Shown: positions 46,975 through 55,619 of the stretch, piece after piece
Layout: each line of letters starts with the position of its first letter
Numbering within the stretch: the first letter of the stretch is position 1
The notes under the pieces: generated by a model
The model's database searches: none
Seen by the model: the letters and a program-made list of their open reading frames with translations, nothing else
What the model was told of the DNA's origin: nothing
Virus record (IMG/VR): IMGVR_UViG_2508501124_000001
Coordinates: 5,277-69,276 of that record
Length of the DNA stretch: 64,000 nucleotides
From: a virus
Lineage: Duplodnaviria > Caudoviricetes
Direction: 5' to 3' (one strand)
Made by a program: the position numbers and the translations under genes

Positions 46975-47262
46975 TTACGCCGCCCGCATTTCTTTGGTCT
47001 TGCGACTCGTCGTGCCGCCAGCGTTCTGCTGCGTGTCGTCAATCGCCGCGATACGGTCAATCCCGTTTCCCCAGATGTCAGGGCGCAGTTCGGCAAGCGT
47101 GAAGCGGGAGTCCAACTCCACAATCAAGCGGCAGAGCTTGGCTCCCGGCTTGCGCTCGCCACGCGAGCAGTGATACAGGTAGTCAATGTGCACCCCGAGC
47201 TTGTCGGCGAACGCTTTGCGCTCTGCCGGCTTGGTTTGCTGAAAATACGTTCGAAGGTCCAT
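46975..47262 (-). CDS. cro: Cro-like repressor (YdaS family)
   Basis: Divergent from cI; AFADKLGVHIDYLYH..GERKP..ELRPDIW. Confidence 0.8.
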   Translation of the reverse strand: MDLRTYFQQTKPAERKAFADKLGVHIDYLYHCSRGERKPGAKLCRLIVELDSRFTLAELRPDIWGNGIDRIAAIDDTQQNAGGTTSRKTKEMRAA

Positions 47263-47295
47263 TTGGCTACCGGTCAGTGTTTAGATCGTATAGCC

Positions 47296-47324
47296 ATGAT
47301 AGACCAAAAAGGTCTACACAGCAA
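47296..47324 (-). promoter_or_regulatory. pR-like promoter overlapped by the 17-bp operator TAGACCAAAAAGGTCTA (47300-47316)
   Basis: TTGCTG-17-TATCAT on the minus strand; perfect 6-bp-arm palindrome; degenerate copies at about 47322-47354. Confidence 0.8.
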
Positions 47325-47372
47325 ACCTTTTTGGACGTTTATCAATTTGGTCCATGCAGGTAACTTTTAGGT

Positions 47373-47867
47373 ATGAAAACGTGCAGGCAAATACGATACG
47401 AAAACGCCCGCTCGCTAGCGTCTGATGGGCCGGCAGAGTTCGCCCGGAAGATCAGTGAGGTATCGGACAAACCCATGTCCAACCAGCAGGTGAACTCGAT
47501 CATCGGCCCGAACGCGGTTCGCGGGATCGGAGATGACATAGCCCGGAGGATCGAGCAGGCGTATGACAAAGAGGAGGGCTGGCTCGATCACGAGCACAAT
47601 GTTAAATCCTCGATCAAAGACGATTTATCCCCTCTTAGTGATGAAGCAAAAAGTTTGATTCTGTGTGTCGAACGCCTGGATGGCCTCGGTGATCTGGCCC
47701 GTAAAACGTTTGCCCTACACCAGGGTTTACTCTTACTTTCCTCCGCGGCCGCTGAGTTGCAGACTGGCTCCGTGCGGTCCCAAATGCTGGCAGAACTAGA
47801 GCAACATCTTGGTCCCGCGCATTCCGATTCCTCGGGGGCCACCAGTGAACGAAAGAACAGGAAGTAG
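47373..47867 (+). CDS. cI: CI-like repressor without S24 peptidase domain
   Basis: RYENAR.L..AEFARK..IGDDIARRIEQAY....GWLD N-terminal domain. Confidence 0.8.
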   Translation: MKTCRQIRYENARSLASDGPAEFARKISEVSDKPMSNQQVNSIIGPNAVRGIGDDIARRIEQAYDKEEGWLDHEHNVKSSIKDDLSPLSDEAKSLILCVERLDGLGDLARKTFALHQGLLLLSSAAAELQTGSVRSQMLAELEQHLGPAHSDSSGATSERKNRK

Positions 47868-48018
47868 TGCGGTAATTGACATGTCCAAGTACAGGACGCG
47901 AGCTGCTATAAAACAACCAAAACCAGTGCAGCAGCCGATCCCGGATAGCCTTCTCGACACCATCACGTATCACCTCCTTATGGCAGGGAGGGCTATTGCC
48001 GCTTACTCGAACAAGTAA
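47845..48018 (+). CDS. Small protein cotranscribed with cI
   Basis: GTG start; VIDMSKYR. Confidence 0.45.
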   Translation: MNERTGSSAVIDMSKYRTRAAIKQPKPVQQPIPDSLLDTITYHLLMAGRAIAAYSNK

Positions 48019-48040
48019 GCAAACGTTTGCATTCCACTCC

Positions 48041-48065
48041 AAGCCCGCCGAGCGCGGGCTTTTTC
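48041..48065 (+). terminator. Intrinsic terminator after the cI operon
   Basis: AAGCCCGC/GCGGGCTT stem plus T-run. Confidence 0.8.
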
Positions 48066-48127
48066 TTGTCCTCGGAAAAGCAGGCTATCGAATTCACAAG
48101 TTCGATAAATATCTTTTCTCCACGTGG

Positions 48128-48170
48128 CACATCAAAAAGGTGTGCAACGTAGACCAAAAAGGTCTATGAT
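48128..48170 (+). promoter_or_regulatory. pL-like promoter with an identical 17-bp operator (48150-48166) and a degenerate copy (48128-48144)
   Basis: GTGCAA-17-TATGAT; TAGACCAAAAAGGTCTA identical to the OR site. Confidence 0.8.
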
Positions 48171-48214
48171 TCATCCATACCAACCAGCAACGCAGCGACA
48201 ACGGAAGGGGAAGG

Positions 48215-48487
48215 GTGATGAGCCACGTACCGATGAAAGAACGCGCCCTGAACGGCGGCACGCAGAAGGTCTACCGCTTCGACAACGGCTTCGGCGCCAG
48301 CGTCGTGCAGCACTCGTTTAGCTACGGCAGCGAGTGTGGCCAGTGGGAGCTGGCAGTCATCAAGTTCGACGATGACGACTGGCATCTAACCTACGACACA
48401 GAAATCACCGATGACGTGATTGGTCGACTCGAATGGCCTGAAGTCGAGACTTACCTTGGCCAGATCGCAGCGATTCAAGTCGCTTAA
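48215..48487 (+). CDS. Hypothetical phage protein, 90 aa
   Basis: First gene of the early-left operon; FDNGFGASVV..SYG...WELAVI. Confidence 0.7.
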   Translation: MMSHVPMKERALNGGTQKVYRFDNGFGASVVQHSFSYGSECGQWELAVIKFDDDDWHLTYDTEITDDVIGRLEWPEVETYLGQIAAIQVA

Positions 48488-49125
48488 CAGGTCGAAACCG
48501 CTACGGCGGTAAGCACGTAAGGCGTGCTCTGACGAGACCGTGAATTACCCGTAGTAGAAGTAACCGCCCCAACAGAGTTGGACCGCGGTTTGGTTCTTTA
48601 ACCTGACTAGAAGGGATACCCTTAAGGGAGCGCCCAACGCCCTACCGCTGAAAAGATCGGGGCCTATCAGTTATCCGCCTGACCGCCAGATGCGGTTATA
48701 GAACGGATCGCTGATTGATAACCGCGTGCGGGGCCGGGAGACAGACCGGTTTCCGCGCGCAGCAGTATTTCGTGAATGGCGTTGTGCGGCTCTTTACGAG
48801 CTGGCGACGTGCGCTGGCAGACATGGAAACGGCGATGCCTCGGCATTTAGGTCCGCCCATAGCCGACCGGAACCACAGGCCGGTCCGCAGCGCCATTCAC
48901 GAAGTGCTGCAAGCAGTTCTCAGATGAACGCATTGCATTCCCTGCATTAGTAACTCGGCGTAAGGCCTGCTGGCCCGGAGGATATTAGCCCCGGTTCTTA
49001 CGGCAGGAAGCACCAGTAGAGAGCTTCCATGCATAGCGTAGTGCGTTCACCTGAGCACTGTTTATCGAGTCCCCTTGCATCTGCTGGTTCGCTGAGCCGG
49101 TAGGAGCTAGGGGTCTTTCACACTA
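48488..49125 (+). ncRNA. Highly structured non-coding leader with two long stem-loops
   Basis: Arms 48759-48789/48885-48910 and 48914-48946/49030-49060; no credible ORF. Confidence 0.5.
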
Positions 49126-49155
49126 ATGCGGTTAGTACGACGAATGGAGCAAGAC

Positions 49156-49365
49156 ATGGAACAACGAGCATATCAACCGCATCAGATTCGCGTTTTGGAT
49201 GAACAGCACACTCTCGACTTGAATCGCTCGAAGCTCAAAGAGTTCATCGATTCGAATCCGGCGTTTGCGGGTCTACCCGACGACGAACGTGGGCGCCTGA
49301 TCGCCCAATACCGCGTGATGACCGAATACTCAGTGATTCTCGGCCAGCGCATCGCGGCGTTCTGA
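49156..49365 (+). CDS. Small phage protein (QPHQxRV family)
   Basis: GGAG RBS; YQPHQIRVLDE..LKEFI..LIAQY.VM..YS.IL..RI. Confidence 0.7.
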   Translation: MEQRAYQPHQIRVLDEQHTLDLNRSKLKEFIDSNPAFAGLPDDERGRLIAQYRVMTEYSVILGQRIAAF

Positions 49366-49389
49366 CCGCCACGCAGCATAGGAGGAGAG

Positions 49390-49815
49390 ATGAAATTCAG
49401 CACCAGTGACGGGCACTTTCTTGGCGATTGGGGCGTGATTGAGATCAACGCGTTGTGCGACACGCTGAAGACGCTGAAGGGCTCGCTAATGGTCGCATTT
49501 GGCGAGCACCGAGACGCGACGCACTACAAGGTGATCGAGGACGAAAAGACCGGCGGCAACATGCTGGCACTGTACTGGACGAAGCGAGACGACGCATTTC
49601 CGCTTCCGTTCAAGATCGACGCCAACCTAGCCGTCGATTTCGTCGCACAGTGGCTGGAGGCGAATGGTAAGTGGCCTAAGCAGCGCCCCGACACGGACGG
49701 CGACTGTCACGCCGGATTCCGAATTCAATCCGGCTGGAGCCAAGGCAAAAGCGAGCACTGCGATTTCTACGTCGCTGCGCTGATCATCCCTGGGTGGACT
49801 GTCTACGGTAAGTGA
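49390..49815 (+). CDS. Hypothetical protein, 141 aa
   Basis: Strong GGAGGAG RBS. Confidence 0.7.
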   Translation: MKFSTSDGHFLGDWGVIEINALCDTLKTLKGSLMVAFGEHRDATHYKVIEDEKTGGNMLALYWTKRDDAFPLPFKIDANLAVDFVAQWLEANGKWPKQRPDTDGDCHAGFRIQSGWSQGKSEHCDFYVAALIIPGWTVYGK

Positions 49816-49983
49816 GCAAAACCATGAACGCAATCCGCGCAGTTCACAGATGGATGTCCGACCTAGCCAAGATTCCGCACCAAGGGTGGTGCTTCCGCTC
49901 CGAAGCAGTGACGCGGACGGGGAGGGTGATTGAGAGTCACCTGGTGAAATTGGATGATGTGGTTTGGTGTTGAGGAGAAACCC

Positions 49984-50106
49984 ATGTCTCAGGATGCGAG
50001 AGATTTGACCGAACTCCGCCGTGAATATCCGGCGTCCCCTGAATTGCGCAAGATCGCCAGTGCATTGATTGGCGCTGGCGTGAAAGATGAGCGCGAGGGA
50101 TGCTGA
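49984..50106 (+). CDS. 40-aa peptide
   Basis: GAGGAG RBS. Confidence 0.5.
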   Translation: MSQDARDLTELRREYPASPELRKIASALIGAGVKDEREGC

Positions 50107-50107
50107 C

Positions 50108-50314
50108 ATGACCACAGACCAATGGCGCCATCGCCCGATGACCATCCGCGTGACCGAGCTGTGCGACCAGTGCAACAAGATGGCTGAGGGTGTCGAAGCC
50201 CGCACGCACAAGTCTTACTGGCCGACATTCGAGATAGCCATGAAATCGTGCGCGCCCTGTTTTGAGATGGCCAAGCGCGAGGCGTCGGCTGAGTACAACG
50301 TGACGATTTGTTAG
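50108..50314 (+). CDS. Small CxxC...CxxC zinc-finger protein
   Basis: CDQC and CAPC. Confidence 0.55.
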   Translation: MTTDQWRHRPMTIRVTELCDQCNKMAEGVEARTHKSYWPTFEIAMKSCAPCFEMAKREASAEYNVTIC

Positions 50315-50322
50315 GAGTCGAC

Positions 50323-50454
50323 ATGCTACGCACCATCCTCGCAGCACTACTGCTCGCATGGCCGGTGGCTGCGGTCTTGTGCATCTGGTTTATTCAGGGT
50401 GCGACGGGGCGGCCGAAGCGGGACCCGATTACACAAACGGAGTTTCAACGATGA
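50323..50454 (+). CDS. 43-aa membrane peptide
   Basis: AGGAG RBS; hydrophobic; ATGA-coupled to ACP. Confidence 0.5.
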   Translation: MLRTILAALLLAWPVAAVLCIWFIQGATGRPKRDPITQTEFQR

Positions 50455-50711
50455 GCGAAGTTCAGCAAAAGAGTATTGAGGACCGAGTCAAGAAGATCAT
50501 CCGCGAACAGATGGCGCAGTACGGCGTTGAAGTTGACGACATCGCCAGCGACGCCAATCTCGCTAACGAGGGATTCGACTCGCTCGACCTAGTCGAGGCA
50601 ACGATGGGCGTCGAAGATGAGTTCGGCATCTATATCGATGACGGCGAGATGCGAGCGATGCTGACGGTTCAGCAGGTCATTGACACGGTTCGGGAAAAGA
50701 TTGGGCCGTAG
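50451..50711 (+). CDS. Acyl carrier protein
   Basis: RVKKII.EQ..GFDSLDLVE..M.VEDEFGI.I.D..TVQQVID; phosphopantetheine Ser retained. Confidence 0.9.
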   Translation: MSEVQQKSIEDRVKKIIREQMAQYGVEVDDIASDANLANEGFDSLDLVEATMGVEDEFGIYIDDGEMRAMLTVQQVIDTVREKIGP

Positions 50712-50746
50712 CGCTAACCAAAACCCTTCCGGGAGGGGTGCCCGGA

Positions 50747-50856
50747 GCCCTGAGTGGTGACGACTTAGCGCCGATTACGCAAGCCGATGCTCCGTCGATA
50801 ACAGGAACGACCCGGCCGGGATCGGGACTGCGCGGGGAGTCGTTACCACTGAGGGC
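50747..50856 (+). repeat. 20-bp near-perfect inverted repeat enclosing about 70 nt
   Basis: GCCCTGAGTGGTGACGACTT ... GAGTCGTTACCACTGAGGGC. Confidence 0.8.
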
Positions 50857-50887
50857 AATCAACCTTCAACAGAATTGAGGAGTCCAT

Positions 50888-51124
50888 ATGGGCAAGCACG
50901 CAAACAGTGCGGCGTACCGCGAATGGGAGCGCCAGCAAGACCGTAAGCAGGATGAGTATTTCGGCGAAGACGAGCCACTGACGGAGGCTGAACGTGCCAG
51001 TCAGTGGGATTCTGAATCCTGGCAGGGCAAGGACGACCTGGCGAGCGCTATCAAGCGATACGCACTCCCCGTTACCCGTGTCGATCTGTGGGATGAACCG
51101 AGGGTTATGAAATGTGCGATATGA
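50888..51124 (+). CDS. Hypothetical protein, 78 aa
   Basis: GAGGAG RBS. Confidence 0.6.
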   Translation: MGKHANSAAYREWERQQDRKQDEYFGEDEPLTEAERASQWDSESWQGKDDLASAIKRYALPVTRVDLWDEPRVMKCAI

Positions 51125-51588
51125 AAAGCGCCTTCGACGCAGCGAGCGGGAAAAAGACTCCATGGAATCCCTCGCGAACAGCAACCGCGCGCGTCACGAA
51201 CCCGCTGCCAGTGCCAACTACATGCCCGAACTGCGGAGCAGCCGTTGGGCTCGTGAACAACGAGGAAATCTACGGCATGCCTTATGGCGACTGGCCGTGG
51301 GCATATCGCTGCGCCGACCTGGCGTGCAACAGCTACGTTGGCCTACACCCATTTACGAGCATTCCCCTTGGCACGTTGGCTGATGCGCCGACGCGCGAAG
51401 CGCGGAAGAAAGCAAAGTCCGCATTCAATCCTTTGTGGCAGTCACGTCGCATGAGTCGAAAAGAGGCTTATGCGTGGCTGGCGAAGGCGATGGGCATTAA
51501 GAGCGTAGGCGATTGTCACATTGGTTGGTTCGACATTGCGATGTGCGAGCGCGTCATGAAAGTCGTGAATGCGAGGAACAAGAAATGA
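51121..51588 (+). CDS. DUF3268-like zinc-finger protein
   Basis: CPNCG...YRC..CNSYVG.HP...PLGTLAD...R.AR. Confidence 0.8.
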   Translation: MKSAFDAASGKKTPWNPSRTATARVTNPLPVPTTCPNCGAAVGLVNNEEIYGMPYGDWPWAYRCADLACNSYVGLHPFTSIPLGTLADAPTREARKKAKSAFNPLWQSRRMSRKEAYAWLAKAMGIKSVGDCHIGWFDIAMCERVMKVVNARNKK

Positions 51589-51773
51589 GCGCCACATATT
51601 TTGAGGGCGACGGAGTTGCGGTCTGCATCTCGGACGCTGGTTACGAGCGCCTTGCCAGTGAGCAACGCATGAACCATGCGACTAGCGTCAACACCGCCGT
51701 GCTGATTGGTGCGGGCGCGGGCCTTGTCGTGACTTTCGCGGCGCTTGTCATCACGAAGATTCTGGGAGCCTGA
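51585..51773 (+). CDS. 62-aa membrane protein
   Basis: C-terminal TM segment; coupled. Confidence 0.5.
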   Translation: MSATYFEGDGVAVCISDAGYERLASEQRMNHATSVNTAVLIGAGAGLVVTFAALVITKILGA

Positions 51774-51775
51774 GC

Positions 51776-51967
51776 ATGTTTTCACGCGACATCCAGCAGT
51801 ACCGCTATCGCACAGCACGCACGATGACCGAGGCGTTTGGCCCGAACAGCAAACTGCACGTCGAGCGCGAGAGCGATGTTAAGGCGTGGATCTGGGCGAT
51901 TGGCTGCGGTATGGCTATTGGCTGCGTCTGGTGGCTGTGCGTTGCGCTTCGGGCGGGCGCGGTATGA
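51776..51967 (+). CDS. 63-aa membrane protein
   Basis: ARTMTEAFGP motif; TM segment. Confidence 0.55.
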   Translation: MFSRDIQQYRYRTARTMTEAFGPNSKLHVERESDVKAWIWAIGCGMAIGCVWWLCVALRAGAV

Positions 51968-52329
51968 GCGACTTCTACATCGTCAGCGTAAAGCACACGC
52001 ACCGGACGGACCGCTACGTCACCCTTTGGAAGCCGAATGATCGGGGTTACTGCTTCAGGACGACGAATGCGGGCCGGTATCCGGAGGACATGGTGCGCGC
52101 ACACCTTGGCTATTACAACTCGGGTTGCAGCATCGCCGTTCCGTGTGACGTGATCGACTCCCGCCTGGTCATGACGACGCCAGCGGATCAATTCGACGGG
52201 CCGGATGGCCCCGCGTTTCTGAATACCGCCGCTAACTGGAAGTTGCTGCTCGCCAATGTGATTGAGCCGCCTGCTTACCCACCTAAGCCCAAATACAAGG
52301 GCGCACCCAAACAAGAGGAGTTCGCATGA
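51964..52329 (+). CDS. Hypothetical protein, 121 aa
   Basis: YVTLWKPNDRGY..AGRY; coupled. Confidence 0.6.
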   Translation: MSDFYIVSVKHTHRTDRYVTLWKPNDRGYCFRTTNAGRYPEDMVRAHLGYYNSGCSIAVPCDVIDSRLVMTTPADQFDGPDGPAFLNTAANWKLLLANVIEPPAYPPKPKYKGAPKQEEFA

Positions 52330-53576
52330 GTGAGTCAAAACAACTGACGGTAGTCGAGCAGCCGCAGCAGGTCGCACTGACCGCACTGGACCGCGCAGTC
52401 ATTGCCTTGGGCGGCACGGAACGTGAAGACGCGCTTAAGGCACTTGCGAAAAAATACGCCGACATCACCGAAGTTAAGAATAAGGCGGGTCGCCAGCAAG
52501 TCCATGCCGCCGCAATGGAACTGGCGAACGAACGCATCGCCACCAAGAAGACCGGCGAGACGGCTCGCGAGGATGCCAATGCACTTCAGAAAGCGGTAAT
52601 CGATCGGCAGAAGGTGCTGATCGGGATCGTGGAGCCCGAAGAAAAGCGCCTGATTGCTTTACGTGACAAGTTTGACGAGGCCGAAGAAGCGGAGAAGCAA
52701 GCCAAGGCCGCCGCCGAGCAAGCGCGGATCACAAAAATCAAAAATCGCATCGAGGCTTTCATGCTCGACGCGGTGAGCGCAATCGCCGGGACGGCAGCCG
52801 AAATCGACGCATATGCAACACGTCTTTCCGAGACCGTGATTTCGCTCGAAGAATTTTCCGAATTCGCGGGGGAAGCCCAGGTAAAGCGCGACAACACGGT
52901 CAAGTGGTTGCGAGAACGACAGCAGCAGGCGGTCGAGCAAGAGGCGGAAGCCGCCCGGATCGCTGCGGAGCGGGTCCAGCTTGAGCGAGAACGTGCCGAA
53001 GCCGCCGAGCGTGAGCGTATCGCTGCGTTGGCTCGAGCTGAGCGGGAAGCGAAGGATCGGGCCGAGCGCGAGCGCGTCGCAGCGGAACAGCAGGCAGCGC
53101 AAGAACGAGCGGCCGAAGCCATGCGCCAGCAGCAGGCGGAACACGAAGCCCGGATGGCGGCGCAGCAGGCCGAAATCGATAGGCAGCAGGCAGCAATCGA
53201 CGCCGAGCGTCAACGACAGGCCGACGAGGCCGCCCGGGTCGAGCGCGAGAAGCAGGCGGCTATTGCAGCAGAGGCCGCGCGGGTTGCTCAGGAAGAACGA
53301 CGGAAGCGGGAAGTGACAGAGGCGGCAGCAAGGGCCGAAGCGCAGCGAATCGAGAGCGCCCGTATTGCAGCAGAAATTGAAGCCCTGCGCCGTGAGCGCG
53401 AACAGTTCGCAATCAACGGGCCGGGCGACGTCGAGATCATCGAGACGCTGGCGAAGCACTACAACGTCGAAATTGGCGACGTCATGGAATGGATCAAGAA
53501 ATTCGACTACGCCGCAGCAGATGAGCATTTTGCTGCCGCGAACGTCGCCGCAAATCACCTGGAGAAGGCAGCATGA
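52326..53576 (+). CDS. Long coiled-coil phage protein
   Basis: E/A/R/Q-rich helical 416 aa upstream of the recombinase. Confidence 0.7.
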   Translation: MSESKQLTVVEQPQQVALTALDRAVIALGGTEREDALKALAKKYADITEVKNKAGRQQVHAAAMELANERIATKKTGETAREDANALQKAVIDRQKVLIGIVEPEEKRLIALRDKFDEAEEAEKQAKAAAEQARITKIKNRIEAFMLDAVSAIAGTAAEIDAYATRLSETVISLEEFSEFAGEAQVKRDNTVKWLRERQQQAVEQEAEAARIAAERVQLERERAEAAERERIAALARAEREAKDRAERERVAAEQQAAQERAAEAMRQQQAEHEARMAAQQAEIDRQQAAIDAERQRQADEAARVEREKQAAIAAEAARVAQEERRKREVTEAAARAEAQRIESARIAAEIEALRREREQFAINGPGDVEIIETLAKHYNVEIGDVMEWIKKFDYAAADEHFAAANVAANHLEKAA

Positions 53577-54364
53577 ACACAGCAACGATGGCAGACATCA
53601 CCGACATTGAGATTGCCACACCGGCCACGGCGAAGCCGCCAGCGGTGCAGCAGACGCGAGCCGTCACTGCATCCGCTACGCCCGCCGATCTTCTACGCAT
53701 CGCCGTTGAGAGCGGAGCGGACCTTGACCGACTTGAGCGTTTGATGGCGCTCCAAGAGAAGTGGGAGGCGGGTGAGGCCCGCAAGGCATACGTGGTGGCG
53801 ATGACTGCATTTAAGGCCGAGCCACTGGAAATTTTCAAGAAGAAGACGGTCGAGTTCAGTGGCACGAAGTATAGCCACGCCGAGCTTTCGGACGTGACGG
53901 AGGTGGTCTGCCCGGCGATGGCAAAGCATCAGCTTTCGCACCGCTGGGACGTAACACAGAACGCTGATCGGATCACCGTCGATTGCGTCATCACTCACGT
54001 CCTGGGGCACAGCGAGAAGGTGACGATGGAGGCCATGCCGGATAGCAGCGGCAAGAAGAACGCCATTCAACAGGTGGCGTCGACCATCAGTTACCTGCAA
54101 CGCTACACGCTCCTGGCTGCTACCGGCGTGGCAACCAAGGGCATGGACGACGACGCGCAAAGCTCCATCGCCAAGGTCGACACGGACGAGGTGTGGATGA
54201 AGTGGGAGGGCGCGTTGAATTCCGCCGAGACCGCTGAAGACGTCCGGAAGGTCCGAGCTCTGGCGGGGACGGCATTCGAAACCATTGGCGACGTCGAAAG
54301 CTGGAACCAGTTCAAGGTGATGGCCGACAAGAAGAAGGCCGAACTGGGAAGGAGCGCGCAATGA
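53573..54364 (+). CDS. erf: ERF-family ssDNA annealing protein
   Basis: KYSHAEL.D..V, Q..ST.SY..RYTL motifs. Confidence 0.85.
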   Translation: MNTATMADITDIEIATPATAKPPAVQQTRAVTASATPADLLRIAVESGADLDRLERLMALQEKWEAGEARKAYVVAMTAFKAEPLEIFKKKTVEFSGTKYSHAELSDVTEVVCPAMAKHQLSHRWDVTQNADRITVDCVITHVLGHSEKVTMEAMPDSSGKKNAIQQVASTISYLQRYTLLAATGVATKGMDDDAQSSIAKVDTDEVWMKWEGALNSAETAEDVRKVRALAGTAFETIGDVESWNQFKVMADKKKAELGRSAQ

Positions 54365-55008
54365 AACAGAATTTCATCGTCTCGGAGCACCCACAGGGAA
54401 CCGCAGAATGGCTGGCAGATCGTTCCGGTCGTGCCACCGGCTCTAAAGCGGATTGTGTAACCGCCAAGGTCAAATCTGGCGAAGCAGCAACGCGTGCCGA
54501 TTACCGTGTCCAACTCGCACTTGAGCGCCTTCTGTGCAAGCCGTGCGGCGACGAATTTTCGACCGCGGACACGGAGCGCGGCCAGGAGCGTGAGCCGTTT
54601 GCCCGCATGCGGTACGAGATTCAAACCGGCATCACAGTTCAGGAAAGCCCGTTCGTCTATCGCGAAGACATGATGGCCGGTTGCAGCGTCGACGGTTTTC
54701 TCGAAGATGCCGGAAAGTTCGGAATCTGGGAGGCGAAGTGCCCAAAGAGCAAAACGCACTTCAAGTACCTCACTGAGGCGCGTGTACCGCCGACCTACGT
54801 AAAACAGGTGCTGCACAACATGCTCATTACCGGCGCGGAGTTCGTCGACTTCGTTTCGTTCGATCCCGAAATGCCTGAAAAGCTTCAGTTGTTCGTGTTC
54901 CGCTGGGAACGTGACGAAGAAATGATTCGGGAGTACGAGGCCGAGTTGCGACAGTTCCTTTTCGAAGTCGACGCCACCCACAAACAGATTGCGGCGATGG
55001 CCGCCTGA
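54361..55008 (+). CDS. YqaJ/lambda-exonuclease family
   Basis: QGT.EW...R...TGS, GQEREP.AR..YE, SVDG, EAKCP. Confidence 0.9.
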   Translation: MKQNFIVSEHPQGTAEWLADRSGRATGSKADCVTAKVKSGEAATRADYRVQLALERLLCKPCGDEFSTADTERGQEREPFARMRYEIQTGITVQESPFVYREDMMAGCSVDGFLEDAGKFGIWEAKCPKSKTHFKYLTEARVPPTYVKQVLHNMLITGAEFVDFVSFDPEMPEKLQLFVFRWERDEEMIREYEAELRQFLFEVDATHKQIAAMAA

Positions 55009-55032
55009 TTCACCTTACACAAGAGCGAAACC

Positions 55033-55461
55033 ATGATTCAGATTTTCGGATTGGCCCGAGTAGGCCGCGACGTTGAAGTGCGCAACACCACGGGCGGCGA
55101 TGCGGTCGCAAGCGTCTCGCTGGCGTTTTCATACGGTCGCAAGGGCGACGATGGCAAGAAGCCGACGCAGTGGGTAGATGCAGCGTTGTGGGGCAAGCGC
55201 GCTGAGGCGCTGGCGCCGTATCTCACGAAGGGAACGCTTGTCACTGTGACGCTTGAAGACGCGCACATCGAGACTTTCCAGAAGCAGGGGGGCGGAGAGG
55301 GCGTGAAGCTCGCCGCTCGCATTACCGCAATCGACCTCGCGGGCGGCGGAGAAAAGAAGCCCGCACTAGCGCCCGCACCGAAGCCTCAGCAACGGCAAGC
55401 ACCGCAACGCGCTCCGGCCGGTGGCGGATTCGATGACATGGGCGAGGACGTGCCGTTCTAG
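55033..55461 (+). CDS. ssb: Single-stranded DNA-binding protein
   Basis: OB fold; C-terminal DDMGEDVPF. Confidence 0.92.
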   Translation: MIQIFGLARVGRDVEVRNTTGGDAVASVSLAFSYGRKGDDGKKPTQWVDAALWGKRAEALAPYLTKGTLVTVTLEDAHIETFQKQGGGEGVKLAARITAIDLAGGGEKKPALAPAPKPQQRQAPQRAPAGGGFDDMGEDVPF

Positions 55462-55619
55462 CCCTCACGCGCCCACCAGCAGTGGATGAAGCCTACTGGC
55501 GCGAATCTCTGCGTAAGTCTGGTGGACGCGCCCATACCCCGAACCGTAGGCAGCACTGCTTGCGGCGTGCTTGGGGAGGTCACCACGACTCCCGTTTTTT
55601 CCGCGACAGATGAGAAGAC

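Noticed and set aside
46093-47370. 425-aa plus-strand ORF across the cro region
   Set aside because: Antisense to three well-supported genes; no RBS or recognisable domain
52326-53576. TolA/cell-envelope protein
   Set aside because: Only low-complexity E/A/R/Q similarity; no TM anchor; phage recombination-region context
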